From positions 10,081 to 74,080 of the forward strand of contig DATBRF010000110.1 in NCBI GenBank assembly GCA_036560425.1: a stretch of DNA of 64,000 nt. The letters are read 5' to 3'. A model generated the notes under the pieces. It had not been told where the DNA came from, made no database searches, and worked only from the letters and a program-made list of their open reading frames with translations. Both the position numbers and the translations under genes were made by a program. The stretch is from Methylocystis sp. (GTDB lineage: Bacteria; Pseudomonadota; Alphaproteobacteria; Rhizobiales; Beijerinckiaceae). The first letter of the stretch is position 1. Every line of letters starts with the position of its first letter. Below, piece by piece: positions 28,383 to 37,194 of the stretch.

Positions 28383-29530
28383 TGCGTCACTGGATCGCCC
28401 TGACGGCGCTCATCCTCGCCTCGGAGACGGCGTTCGCCGCGGAGACGATGTTCGCCGCGGTGAGAATAAAGGATATCACCTCGACCTATGGCGTACGCGA
28501 CTATCAGTTGGTCGGATACGGGCTCGTCGTCGGCCTGCAAGGGACGGGCGACACGCTTCGAAACGCGCCCTTCGCCGAGCAGTCGCTGCAATCGATGTTG
28601 AGCCGCATGGGCGTCAATCTTCCAATGAACGCCACTGCGCCCGGCGGCGTTCCTGGCCCCCCGACGCCTCCCATGCGTACCCGAAATCTGGCGGCAGTCA
28701 TGGTGACGGCCTCCATGCCGCCCTTCGCGGCCTGGGGGACGACCCTCGATGTCACCGTTTCCTCCATGGGTGACGCCACCTCGCTGATGGGCGGCACGTT
28801 GATCCTCACGTCGATGACCGGCGTCGATGGCGCCATTTATGCGATTGCGCAGGGCCCTATCGCCGTATCCGGTTTCGCCGTCTCCGGACAGAGCGAATCT
28901 CTGACGCATGGCGTCGCCACAGTCGGACGAATCCCGAACGGCGCAACGGTGGAAAAGGAGCCGCCGAGGCCCAGATCGAACGACGTGGCCCTGGAGTTGC
29001 GAAACCCCGACTTCGCCACCAGCGTCCGTATCGCCGACGCAATCAATGGATACGCTCGAAAGCGCTACCACACGACCGCGGCTGTCGAGCGTGACAGTCG
29101 CACTGTCGCACTGCGGCTTCCGCCCGGCATCCACGCCACGCGCTTCCTCGCCGAGATCGGGGATCTTCGCGTTTCTCCCAGCACGCCGGCGAAAGTCGTG
29201 ATCGACGAGCGGACAGGCACTGTCGTGATCGGCGCCGATGTTCAAATTTCACCTGTGGCCGTTACGCATGGAAGCCTCACGCTTCGAGTTACGGAAGCTC
29301 CCCAGGTGTCGCAGCCGGCGCCATTCTCGAACGGACAAACGGTTGTAACATCACAAACAGCGGTGACCGCATCTGAACCAGCAGGCCAGGTGGCGACGCT
29401 GGCTGGTCCGAATTTGAGGACGCTCGTCAAGGGCCTCAATCAGATCGGTCTGAAGCCGACTGGAATCATCTCTATCCTGCAGGCAATCAAGAACGCGGGC
29501 GCTATGCAGGCTGATCTGGAAATTCAGTAA
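28379..29530 (+). CDS. flgI: flagellar P-ring protein FlgI
   Basis: 383 aa with a signal peptide and conserved RDYQLVGYGLVVGLQGTGD and GGTLILT. Confidence 0.95.
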   Translation: MMRHWIALTALILASETAFAAETMFAAVRIKDITSTYGVRDYQLVGYGLVVGLQGTGDTLRNAPFAEQSLQSMLSRMGVNLPMNATAPGGVPGPPTPPMRTRNLAAVMVTASMPPFAAWGTTLDVTVSSMGDATSLMGGTLILTSMTGVDGAIYAIAQGPIAVSGFAVSGQSESLTHGVATVGRIPNGATVEKEPPRPRSNDVALELRNPDFATSVRIADAINGYARKRYHTTAAVERDSRTVALRLPPGIHATRFLAEIGDLRVSPSTPAKVVIDERTGTVVIGADVQISPVAVTHGSLTLRVTEAPQVSQPAPFSNGQTVVTSQTAVTASEPAGQVATLAGPNLRTLVKGLNQIGLKPTGIISILQAIKNAGAMQADLEIQ

Positions 29531-29544
29531 GGCTGGGCGTTTCT

Positions 29545-29565
29545 CACGGCGTCAAGGACGCCGTG
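29545..29565. terminator. hairpin between convergent flgI and the transglycosylase gene (possible bidirectional terminator, no U-tract)
   Basis: 9-bp stem CACGGCGTC/GACGCCGTG with loop AAG. Overlaps the stop codon of the minus-strand gene. Confidence 0.4.
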
Positions 29566-30163
29566 AAGCAACTTCTCTGCGAACCATCGAACAAAAGGCC
29601 TTCGACTGCTCGGTCCAGGAGCCGAAGCCGCTCGCGATCATATTCGCGATCACCGCGCAAACGTAGCTCTTTTGAGCCGGCGGATTCCCTGGCCCCGCAT
29701 GATAGCGCGCCACTGCGCTTGTCCAGGTCTTTTCCGAACGATACAAATTTTGCAAGAAGTTGGCCGCGTAATCGACGTTCTGTCGCGGGTCGAACATGGC
29801 CTCGACCGAAGGAAACATGCGGCCATGGTAATGGTGATTGACTTGCATGCAGCCAATATCAATCAGCTTGACGCCACGCGCGCGGGCTTTCTCGAAAACG
29901 GCCAAGGCGTCGGGAAGCGACGCGTTGAAAACAGAACGTCCCCCGACGTTCATTGCATACTCGTGCAAATCGCCTCTTTGGCCCGTCTCTGTCAATGCAA
30001 CGGCGTAGAGGACGGCGACCGGGATGTTGTGCTCGCGCGCGGCGCGTAGCATTTCCCGTTCACACACATTGCTGGGCGCGCCAGACCGAACGTCTGACCG
30101 GGCGTTAGAGATAGAGCCCAGGAGCGCCAGTAGAACGAGCGCGGCCGAGCGGGACAGGTTCAT
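29552..30163 (-). CDS. SLT-domain lytic transglycosylase (SltF-like flagellar peptidoglycan hydrolase candidate)
   Basis: Start at MNLSRSAALVLLALLG (signal peptide). SLT core AVALTETG (catalytic Glu context)..IDIGCMQVN..YAANFL..YHAG. The 5' end overlaps the last 59 nt of fliK out of frame. Confidence 0.75.
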   Translation of the reverse strand: MNLSRSAALVLLALLGSISNARSDVRSGAPSNVCEREMLRAAREHNIPVAVLYAVALTETGQRGDLHEYAMNVGGRSVFNASLPDALAVFEKARARGVKLIDIGCMQVNHHYHGRMFPSVEAMFDPRQNVDYAANFLQNLYRSEKTWTSAVARYHAGPGNPPAQKSYVCAVIANMIASGFGSWTEQSKAFCSMVRREVASRRP

Positions 30164-31544
30164 CCCCTTGGCTCTCTCCTTTTTTCGACGCGCGCGAGAA
30201 CGATCTTTCTTCCCGATTGCTTCCTGTGCCATCATTCCAGCTAGGCGCTCCCCCCTCGCCACTCTGATTGTGGTGCGCCTGAGAGTCATTCTGGCGCGTA
30301 TCGCCGAAACTACCGGATGGAACAGGCGTCGGGCTGACTTTGATAGCGATTTCATCGACAGTATGCCCGGCTCTACTCAACGCCTCCGCCAGTTGATCGC
30401 GCGATTGGGACAGCATCGTCTGCACAGCCGGAGAATCCACGTCTATTTTCAAAGAGACGCGCGTTTTGGTGAGCTGCATTCTGACGGTGACGGCGCCGAG
30501 GTCTTCCGGTTCGAGTTGAATCGTCAGAACCTTAGACGGACTATCCTTCACTTGATCATTCGTGGGCGCGCGCGGCGCGGAAGAGGCTGCCGTTCTGACG
30601 CTCTCTGGTGAGAAGCCGCCCGCGACGCTCGATGAACCACCGACCGGCAAGGTTGGCGAATCGACGACGGCGTTGAGCTGTGGCGGGAAAGTTTCGTCGA
30701 CCGTCGAACCGCTTTTTTCCGTGGGTTTTTCCGCTGCTGCGCCCAGCTGAGGCTGTCCGGCCTGGTTGTTCGAGCCAGCGTCTGCGAATGCCGCTTCTGT
30801 CGGCGGGACGGCCGCTTGCACAGGCGGAAGATGAGTGGCGAAAGACGAAACGGTTAGGCGCTTTGGCGCATCGCCTATGCTTGGCGCCTCGGCGTAAGGC
30901 GCTTTTGAAACACCGACGCTCCCAGACACGGCTTGTGTCAGAACGGCTGGGAAATTTTTGGCGAACGCATCCGGCGCCATACTTTTTGGCGAGTCGGCGT
31001 TGTTCGACGTCTCGACGCCCGGCGCTTTTGAAACGCCGACGTTCTCGGACACGGCCTGCGCCAGAAGGCCCGGGAAATTTTTGACGAATGCATCCAGCGT
31101 CATGCTTTTTGGCTGTTCGGCGTTGTTCGACGTCACAGCGAGGGAGGCGTTCGGCGCCTCGCTCTTAAGGGGCGTCGCGACGCCGAAAGCGCTCGTCTGC
31201 GGCGCCCCGGGCTGCTCCATTCCGGCTGGCTGCTCCGTTGCGGCTGGCTGGCCGTTCGAGCTTGCCGCTTGCGTTCCAGCCAGATGCAACAAAACCAGAC
31301 CTTCCAGAACGAGGCCAGGCCCGACCAAGTTGGAGCTTTGTGTCTCGGCCGTCTTGTCGTCAGGCGCTCCTCCCTGCGCCGACTCCCGCGCCTTTCCTCC
31401 GCCTGCTTTGTCGAAAATCGCGCTGAACTGCACCCCGAAAATCGTCGTCTCCGCAGCGCGCGAATCCGGGCGCTCTTGGCGGCCCGTCGTTGTAAGGACG
31501 CCGGTTTCGAGTGAGGAAGCGCCTTGCGTGTTGGTTGGAGTCAT
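30105..31544 (-). CDS. fliK: hook-length control protein FliK-like
   Basis: 479 aa, Pro/Ala/Ser-rich, with a C-terminal Flg_hook-type segment LTIQLEPEDLGAVTVRMQLTKTRVSLKIDVDSPAVQTMLSQSRDQLAEALSRAG. ATGA overlap with the motC stop. Confidence 0.75.
   Translation of the reverse strand: MTPTNTQGASSLETGVLTTTGRQERPDSRAAETTIFGVQFSAIFDKAGGGKARESAQGGAPDDKTAETQSSNLVGPGLVLEGLVLLHLAGTQAASSNGQPAATEQPAGMEQPGAPQTSAFGVATPLKSEAPNASLAVTSNNAEQPKSMTLDAFVKNFPGLLAQAVSENVGVSKAPGVETSNNADSPKSMAPDAFAKNFPAVLTQAVSGSVGVSKAPYAEAPSIGDAPKRLTVSSFATHLPPVQAAVPPTEAAFADAGSNNQAGQPQLGAAAEKPTEKSGSTVDETFPPQLNAVVDSPTLPVGGSSSVAGGFSPESVRTAASSAPRAPTNDQVKDSPSKVLTIQLEPEDLGAVTVRMQLTKTRVSLKIDVDSPAVQTMLSQSRDQLAEALSRAGHTVDEIAIKVSPTPVPSGSFGDTRQNDSQAHHNQSGEGGAPSWNDGTGSNREERSFSRASKKGESQGDEPVPLGRARSTGAPGLYL
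30898..31143 (-). repeat. 2 x 123-bp tandem repeat inside fliK (41-aa units, about 80 percent nucleotide identity)
   Basis: Units 30898-31020 and 31021-31143 align base by base with about 24 mismatches. They encode SNNA(E/D)xPKSMxxDAFxKNFPxxLxQAVSxxVGVSKAP twice, plus a weaker third unit. Confidence 0.8.
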
Positions 31545-32674
31545 TGGCCGCCGGCCCTGTGTAAGAGCTTTCGGGAATCTTCGAGCGTCTGCTGCAAGCG
31601 TTGTACGAGCGGCGTCTCAGCGCTCGGGCCATCCGCTGCGGGCAAGGTCTGTTGTTGCTCGCCCGCATCGCCGAGCCTCACGCCAACGCCTCGAATTGCA
31701 TTCAGAATCTTGACTTCTTCTCTGTTGAGCTTCGAGGCGTTGATGTTTTTGATCGAGGAATCGCTCGCGGCCAAATCGCCATTCATAGCGTCGGCCGCCG
31801 CCTGGTAAAGCTCGAGGCGTTCCGTGGCTTGCGCCTTTTCCGCGAAGGCGGCGGCCGCCTGGGTTTGCGACCTCAAGACATCCGCCCGGGACAGCAATAT
31901 GCTCGCGCGCGCGAGCGCCGCATGGAACTCGAAGCCAAATTTAGCGGGCGCCGCCTTGAACAGTTCTTCGGTTGAAGCAAGAGCGTCCGGCCCAAAGGCC
32001 AAGCCGACCTTCGAGGCTGTTATGGTTAGACTTTGCCAGTATTTCTCTGCAAAGGGCGAACTGGGATATCGAAATTGATAACGCCTCGCGAGCAGAATGT
32101 AGCGATCAAACTCCGTCTTGGGGTCGACAATCGCCAATTCACGGCGCAACGCGGCTTCTTCGACCTGCGATCCAGGCATAATGAGGCGCGCGAAGGAAAG
32201 CGACTTGTCAGCTTCCGTGTTGTCAACGCCGATCAAGAGGCTTCCGCGAATGAGCGCCAGATGCCCCGCTAATATCGGCGGGAAGGCTCTTACGTCGATC
32301 GGGGAAAACAGTTTTGTCGCCGCTTCCCGATCGCCGTCCGCAAAGGCAAGACTCGCGGTGAGCAGCGGAGGGGTCGCCTCTTCGATAACATGGTCTCTCA
32401 ACAGCCGGCGAAGCCGCGTCGGCGATCCGCCCGCCAACACATAGATGACGGCCGCACGATAATTCCTCGGCTGCTTCCAATCCTCGGCAGAAAGAGAAGA
32501 AATCGTTTCCTCCACCCGCGCGGCGATCTTCTTGTGCTGGATCTCGCCCCCGTCCACCGCGCGGTCTTGCGCTTCGATCATTTCCCACACGTCGCCGGCC
32601 AGGTCGCTGGCCTGCGCCACGCGGCAACCGAGCGCGATCACGAGGGAAAATCCAAGAAGCGCGCGACGCGTCAA
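31541..32674 (-). CDS. motC: periplasmic motor protein MotC-like
   Basis: 377 aa with a signal peptide (MTRRALLGFSLVIALGCRVAQA). Lies between motB and fliK exactly as motC does in Rhizobiaceae. ATGA overlaps on both sides. Confidence 0.6.
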   Translation of the reverse strand: MTRRALLGFSLVIALGCRVAQASDLAGDVWEMIEAQDRAVDGGEIQHKKIAARVEETISSLSAEDWKQPRNYRAAVIYVLAGGSPTRLRRLLRDHVIEEATPPLLTASLAFADGDREAATKLFSPIDVRAFPPILAGHLALIRGSLLIGVDNTEADKSLSFARLIMPGSQVEEAALRRELAIVDPKTEFDRYILLARRYQFRYPSSPFAEKYWQSLTITASKVGLAFGPDALASTEELFKAAPAKFGFEFHAALARASILLSRADVLRSQTQAAAAFAEKAQATERLELYQAAADAMNGDLAASDSSIKNINASKLNREEVKILNAIRGVGVRLGDAGEQQQTLPAADGPSAETPLVQRLQQTLEDSRKLLHRAGGQ

Positions 32675-33723
32675 CTGCGCTCTCCGCGAACGAGGATCTC
32701 AATACGGCGGTTGACGGCCGCAAGCGGCGTCTCAGGCGTTTTGAGGCGCCGATCCGCATAGCCGGAGATTTTGGTCACCCGCGCCGCCGGCAAGCCTCCG
32801 CGCCCGAGCATGTACAGAACCATGTTCGCGCGGTCCGATGAGAGACGCCAGTTGTCGTAAGACCCCGACTTGTAGGCTCGCGCATCGGTATGCCCGGCGA
32901 TCTCCACGTCTCCAGGGAGCTTTGCCAAGAGGCCGCCGATCTTTTGCAAGATCCGGACGAGTTGCGGCTTGGGGCGTATCGAGCCCACGTCGAACATCGA
33001 GAAATTGGCGTCGTCGGTCAAGCTGACGAGCACGCCTTCATCCACGCGTTTGACCTCGAATTTCGGCACGCCGCGAGCCCCCTGACCCTCCGCTCGGACC
33101 GCGGCTTCGATCGCATTCTTGATCGTCGAGTTGGGCTCGTTCTTCGAGGAACCGCTCGGCGACGGCTGAGGCGGCTGGTTGGACGCTGCCGGCTCGCTCT
33201 TTTTTTGGCCCACGGACTTCGAAGGTTTGACTTCTTTTTCATCCTCCGGCGCGGCGGCTTGCTCCATCCGCTCGAATGGATCGGCGAGCATATTGCTCGA
33301 CGACCGAGGCGTTGCTGCAGGGGGGACGTCGAGCTTCGCAATCGCATCCAGGGCTTTTACCGGATTCTTGTGAAGAGCGGCCGCTTCGGCTTCCGCCGCT
33401 TCCGGATTCTGTTCACCCGGACGCCCTTCTTTTTTATCGATCGTCTGCTGCATGCTCGCGCCCTGACCACTATCTCTGGGATCACGCAAACCCTTCTTGG
33501 CCGGCTTGGAGTCGACGAGCTGTACGGGATTGAAATACTGAACGATAGCCGCCTTCGACTCCTGCGACGTCGAATTGATCAGCCACATGACGAGAAAAAA
33601 CGCCATCATCGCCGTCATGAAGTCCGCGAAGGCGAGCTTCCACACGCCGCCGTGGTGTTCTTCGTCGGCATCCCAGCGCCGCTTCTTGACGATAATGATT
33701 TCGTTGGCGTCTTTGCTGCTCAT
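32671..33723 (-). CDS. motB: flagellar stator protein MotB (long form with OmpA-like C-terminal domain)
   Basis: 350 aa with GGVWKLAFADFMTAMMAFFLVMWL, the TM/plug region, and a C-terminal OmpA-like GHTD..SNWRLSSDRA..NRRIEI. Confidence 0.9.
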   Translation of the reverse strand: MSSKDANEIIIVKKRRWDADEEHHGGVWKLAFADFMTAMMAFFLVMWLINSTSQESKAAIVQYFNPVQLVDSKPAKKGLRDPRDSGQGASMQQTIDKKEGRPGEQNPEAAEAEAAALHKNPVKALDAIAKLDVPPAATPRSSSNMLADPFERMEQAAAPEDEKEVKPSKSVGQKKSEPAASNQPPQPSPSGSSKNEPNSTIKNAIEAAVRAEGQGARGVPKFEVKRVDEGVLVSLTDDANFSMFDVGSIRPKPQLVRILQKIGGLLAKLPGDVEIAGHTDARAYKSGSYDNWRLSSDRANMVLYMLGRGGLPAARVTKISGYADRRLKTPETPLAAVNRRIEILVRGERS

Positions 33724-33729
33724 AATTCA

Positions 33730-34383
33730 TCATTCTCCGTCGCGCAGACGTCGAACCCATTCGTCCATGCGTGTTTCGATCAGCGTGCTGTTTATTCTGG
33801 CGACAAGGTCGGCGCCGTCGTTCTCCGTCGCGCGGATCGCGACGCCTTCACGAGACAACCTTTCACAGACCACTTCCAGCAAATCGGCCGGGCCCTGCAA
33901 TTCAACAACCGGATTCGCCTGATCAGCAACGACGGAGCCTACAGCCTCCACGAAGTCGTCGAGAGATTGCTTCAAGGCGCGATGGGTCAGGAACGGCTTC
34001 AATAAACGGGAAAGCGCGTCTCGCAGATTCTCGACGCAAGCCTGAATGTCCTTATGGATGACGTCCGCGACTTTGGCGCCCTGCTGCTCGACCCACGTGG
34101 CGCGCGCCGCCTCGAGCTTCTGGTCGAAGGCCTCGCGCTCTTTTTGGAACGCCTTTCTCTCCTCGTCGAGTTTCGCCTCGAATTCGCGGTCGAGCTCACT
34201 CCTTATTTCCTCCCGCGCCTTTTCACGCTCTTCCGCGAGGGAGTCGAGGTCGGGCGCTGCTTCGATGATTGCTGGCGCGGGAGAGGAAAGCTCGAATTCC
34301 GGCGCCAGGAAACTCTCTTCTATCTCCCGCCGCTGTTCGTCGAAGCTCGTCAGATAGGACGTTATGGGGCGAAGCTGTTTCAT
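33730..34383 (-). CDS. hypothetical protein, FliH-like candidate
   Basis: The start at 34383 forms an ATGA overlap with the fliF stop. Has a Glu/Lys/Arg-rich coiled coil (EEREKAREEIRSELDREFEAKLDEERKAFQKEREAF) followed by a globular C-terminal part, a FliH-like architecture. Confidence 0.4.
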   Translation of the reverse strand: MKQLRPITSYLTSFDEQRREIEESFLAPEFELSSPAPAIIEAAPDLDSLAEEREKAREEIRSELDREFEAKLDEERKAFQKEREAFDQKLEAARATWVEQQGAKVADVIHKDIQACVENLRDALSRLLKPFLTHRALKQSLDDFVEAVGSVVADQANPVVELQGPADLLEVVCERLSREGVAIRATENDGADLVARINSTLIETRMDEWVRRLRDGE

Positions 34384-36035
34384 GCCGCTTCGTCCGATCG
34401 CATCCACCGCTTGAGCACGGAGGCGGCCTGCATTTCATCTACTTCTATCAGCTGCTCGAGCTTTTGACGCGCTGACACACGCCCAAGGCTCATGATCCCA
34501 GGGAACGAGTCGAGATCAGAGTTCAACGCCAACGTGGGCGCGTTCATCTGAGGTATGAAGCCGTCCTCGGTCGCCGCGGACTCGCTTTCGATTCCCAGTA
34601 ATGGCGGGGCGTCCATGGCGACGCTCGGCCGCGGAACTTCAGCGATCAGGGCGCGAGTCGCCGGCATGAGCCCGAAGTACACCAGAAGCGCCGTGATGAC
34701 GAGCACTGTCGCCGCGTTGATCATCGTACCCAGATAATGGCTCAGCGTCTCCAAGAAGCCAGCGGATTCGACCGGACTCATCTCATGTTCGTTGAAGCTG
34801 AATTCGACGGCGGAAACCTTCAGAACGTCCCCGCGCTCTCTCTTGATTCCAGCCGCCGACGCGACGATCTGCTCGACTTCCTTGACCTGGCGTTCGATGA
34901 TCTCCGGGCTGGGGGCTGGTTTGCCCGCCTCGGCAAGAGCGGCGCGATTGACCAAGACTGCAATAGCGATATTCTCGATCGTGTAGCCGCCGCTGACCGT
35001 CGTGACGGTCTTCGTCGAAACCTCGTAGTTGGTCAGCTCTTCGCTTTTCTTGCTTTCGTCGTTGGATTGCTTTCCATCGGCGCTTTGCGGATTTTGCTGG
35101 GGGACGTTAGCCACGACCGTCGTTGGCTGGGAGCTGCTCGCATTCTGCGATTGAGCTGTTTCCTTCATCGTGCGCGTTGAACGCTCTACTTTCGAGTCCG
35201 GATCGTAGATCGTTTCATTGACCTGCCTTCTATCCGTATTGACCCGTGCGCGAACGCTCACTTGAAAGTTCGGAAGACGCAGATAGGGGGTCAGGGTCCG
35301 GCGGATATTGTCCTGTATTTCCTTTGCGACGCTCTTCTCGAGCGCCAGCGTCTTCCCGGGAACAGCTTCGGATGGATCGCCGCCGTCTGTCGCCGAGAGG
35401 ATCATGCCGTCGGTGTTGAGCACCGTGACCTGATCGATTGTCATCCCCGGCATCGCCGAGGCGACCAGGTGCCGGATGGCCTGCGCGGCGCTCGAATCGT
35501 CCGGTCCCTCCGTGCGAATGACCACGGATGCGGAGGACGGTTGCTTGGGACGGCGGAACGAACCTTCGTCGGGCATGACGATATGGACGCGGGCGGCTTT
35601 CACGCCGCGCATCAACTGAATGGTGCGGGCGATTTCGCCTTCTATCGCCCGGACGCGAGTGACCTCCTGCATGAAGGAGGTCAAGCCAAGCGCGCCGACC
35701 TTATCGAAGAGTTCGTAACCGGCGTTTGCGCTCTGAGGCAGGCCGCGTTCCGCCAAAAGCATCCGAGCCCGCGCCGTCTGCCCGTAAGGGACCAGAATCG
35801 CGGTGCCTTCGGGATTGATGTCGAAGGCGATGCCCGCCTCCTTTAGCGCTGAGCCGATTCGGGTCACATCGTCTCGATCGAGCCCCGCATAGAGCGTCTC
35901 CTCGTTCGGGCGAGACAGATAAAAAGTCCCTGCCAAAACGACGGTTACGATCAGCCCAAACACCAGGGCGAGAGCCGCGAGCTTCCTGCCGCCCAGTCCC
36001 TTCAGATTGTTCAAGACCAGTGTAACTTGATCCAT
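34380..36035 (-). CDS. fliF: flagellar MS-ring protein FliF
   Basis: 551 aa with an N-terminal TM, YscJ/FliF ring domains (LYAGLDRDDVTRIGSALKEAGI), a second TM and a C-terminal FliG-binding tail. Confidence 0.95.
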   Translation of the reverse strand: MDQVTLVLNNLKGLGGRKLAALALVFGLIVTVVLAGTFYLSRPNEETLYAGLDRDDVTRIGSALKEAGIAFDINPEGTAILVPYGQTARARMLLAERGLPQSANAGYELFDKVGALGLTSFMQEVTRVRAIEGEIARTIQLMRGVKAARVHIVMPDEGSFRRPKQPSSASVVIRTEGPDDSSAAQAIRHLVASAMPGMTIDQVTVLNTDGMILSATDGGDPSEAVPGKTLALEKSVAKEIQDNIRRTLTPYLRLPNFQVSVRARVNTDRRQVNETIYDPDSKVERSTRTMKETAQSQNASSSQPTTVVANVPQQNPQSADGKQSNDESKKSEELTNYEVSTKTVTTVSGGYTIENIAIAVLVNRAALAEAGKPAPSPEIIERQVKEVEQIVASAAGIKRERGDVLKVSAVEFSFNEHEMSPVESAGFLETLSHYLGTMINAATVLVITALLVYFGLMPATRALIAEVPRPSVAMDAPPLLGIESESAATEDGFIPQMNAPTLALNSDLDSFPGIMSLGRVSARQKLEQLIEVDEMQAASVLKRWMRSDEAA

Positions 36036-36081
36036 CGAGGCGATCTTTTGTTTCCAAAGCCGACGACTGTCTTCGATTCAA

Positions 36082-36990
36082 TCACTGGAAGAGTTTCATG
36101 ATCAGCTGAGTGTCCTGATTCGCGATCGAAATGGCCTGAACGCCAAGCTGCTGCTGGGTCTGGAGGGCCTGAAGGCGGGTCGACGCCTGGTTCATGTCGG
36201 CGTCGACGAGCGAGCTCACGCCGGTGGTCAGAGCGTCGCTCAGCGTCTGAATGAAGGTCGCCTGCGAGGCGACGCGCGCCTGAACCGCGCCGATCTGCGA
36301 CGCATAGTCGGTCAACCGCGCGATCACATCGTCGGCGTTCGAGAGCGTATCGGCCACGACGCCGGATTGGATGTCGTTGGCGCTCAGATTCGTGAAGTTG
36401 GTGGGACCGCCAGCGCCGTTCGCCTGCGCCTGTTCCAGAATGCCCGCGCCGCCGGCAGTGGTGAGATCCGTCGTGGCGAGGGAAATGAAGCCGATAACCG
36501 ACGCAGCGCCGCCCGCATTATCCGTATAGGACGCGGCGAAGTTCACGCCCGTCGCGCCGCCGGCGACGGTGGTGGTCGTCGACCCATTCAGCAGATTGAT
36601 GCCCGTTATGGTCGCCGACGAAACGATGCTCTGCAGCTGCTGGCCAAGCTGCGTGAGGCTGGCGCCGATCTTGTTGAGGTCGGCGCCCGGCGTCTGGGCC
36701 TGGGCGACCGCTTCCTTGATGCTGTTCATCACGCTGATCGCGCTATTCACCGCCGCGGCGGCGACGTTCAGCGTCGATCCGGCGACGTTCAGCGAGTCGC
36801 TGATGGTGGACAGCGCGCCATTGTCGGATTTCATCGTCTCGGCGATGGACCAGGTCGAGGCGTTGTCCTGGGCGCTCGAAATCTTCAGACCGGTCGAAAT
36901 CTGCTTCTGCATGACGTTGAGCGCGGCCTGCGTCGCGCGCAGAGACTGCAGCGCCGTCAAAGAGGACGGATTGGTCAGGATGCTGGACAT
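36082..36990 (-). CDS. fla: flagellin (copy 1)
   Basis: 302 aa with an N-terminal MSSILTNPSSLTALQSLRATQ..QKQISTGLKISSAQDNAS and a C-terminal TRLQALQTQQQLGVQAISIANQ. Confidence 0.95.
   Translation of the reverse strand: MSSILTNPSSLTALQSLRATQAALNVMQKQISTGLKISSAQDNASTWSIAETMKSDNGALSTISDSLNVAGSTLNVAAAAVNSAISVMNSIKEAVAQAQTPGADLNKIGASLTQLGQQLQSIVSSATITGINLLNGSTTTTVAGGATGVNFAASYTDNAGGAASVIGFISLATTDLTTAGGAGILEQAQANGAGGPTNFTNLSANDIQSGVVADTLSNADDVIARLTDYASQIGAVQARVASQATFIQTLSDALTTGVSSLVDADMNQASTRLQALQTQQQLGVQAISIANQDTQLIMKLFQ
36140..36358 (-). repeat. near-identical segment shared with flagellin copy 2 (37253-37471)
   Basis: By-eye alignment gives 3 mismatches in about 219 nt, including a perfect run of about 140 nt. 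The rest of the genes is more diverged. Confidence 0.8.
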
Positions 36991-37103
36991 GGTTGGCTTT
37001 CCGAATCTCTCGGGCGCGCGAGTAACGTTGATGCTTTCCTCGGCCCGTCAGCCGGATCATTCACACCAATGCTTGCGCGAACCTGCCCAGTTAAAAGTAA
37101 TAG

Positions 37104-37119
37104 TTAATTGCGTATTAAC
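37104..37119. promoter_or_regulatory. perfect CtrA-type box TTAA-N7-TTAAC upstream of flagellin copy 1
   Basis: TTAATTGCGTATTAAC; the reverse strand also reads TTAA-N7-TTAAC. Lies 114-129 nt upstream of the ATG at 36990, in an AT-rich island. Confidence 0.5.
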
Positions 37120-37142
37120 AATTTTGCATGCCGCAAAAGTAA

Positions 37143-37170
37143 ATGGCCGCGCGATACGTCGCGCGGCCAT
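37143..37170. terminator. terminator hairpin after flagellin copy 2
   Basis: 12-bp stem ATGGCCGCGCGA/TCGCGCGGCCAT with loop TACG. T-runs on both sides (TTTTT on the plus strand, TTACTTTT on the minus strand). Lies 25 nt after the stop at 37195. Confidence 0.65.
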
Positions 37171-37194
37171 TTTTGTTCATTATATGAGCCAGTA

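Noticed and set aside
37075-37090. Sigma-54-like TGGGCAG-N4-GCGCA on the minus strand upstream of flagellin copy 1.
   Set aside because: Only the GG and GC dinucleotides and their spacing match, and the flanking positions are poor. No equivalent element precedes flagellin copy 2 or other late genes. It cannot be distinguished from chance by eye.
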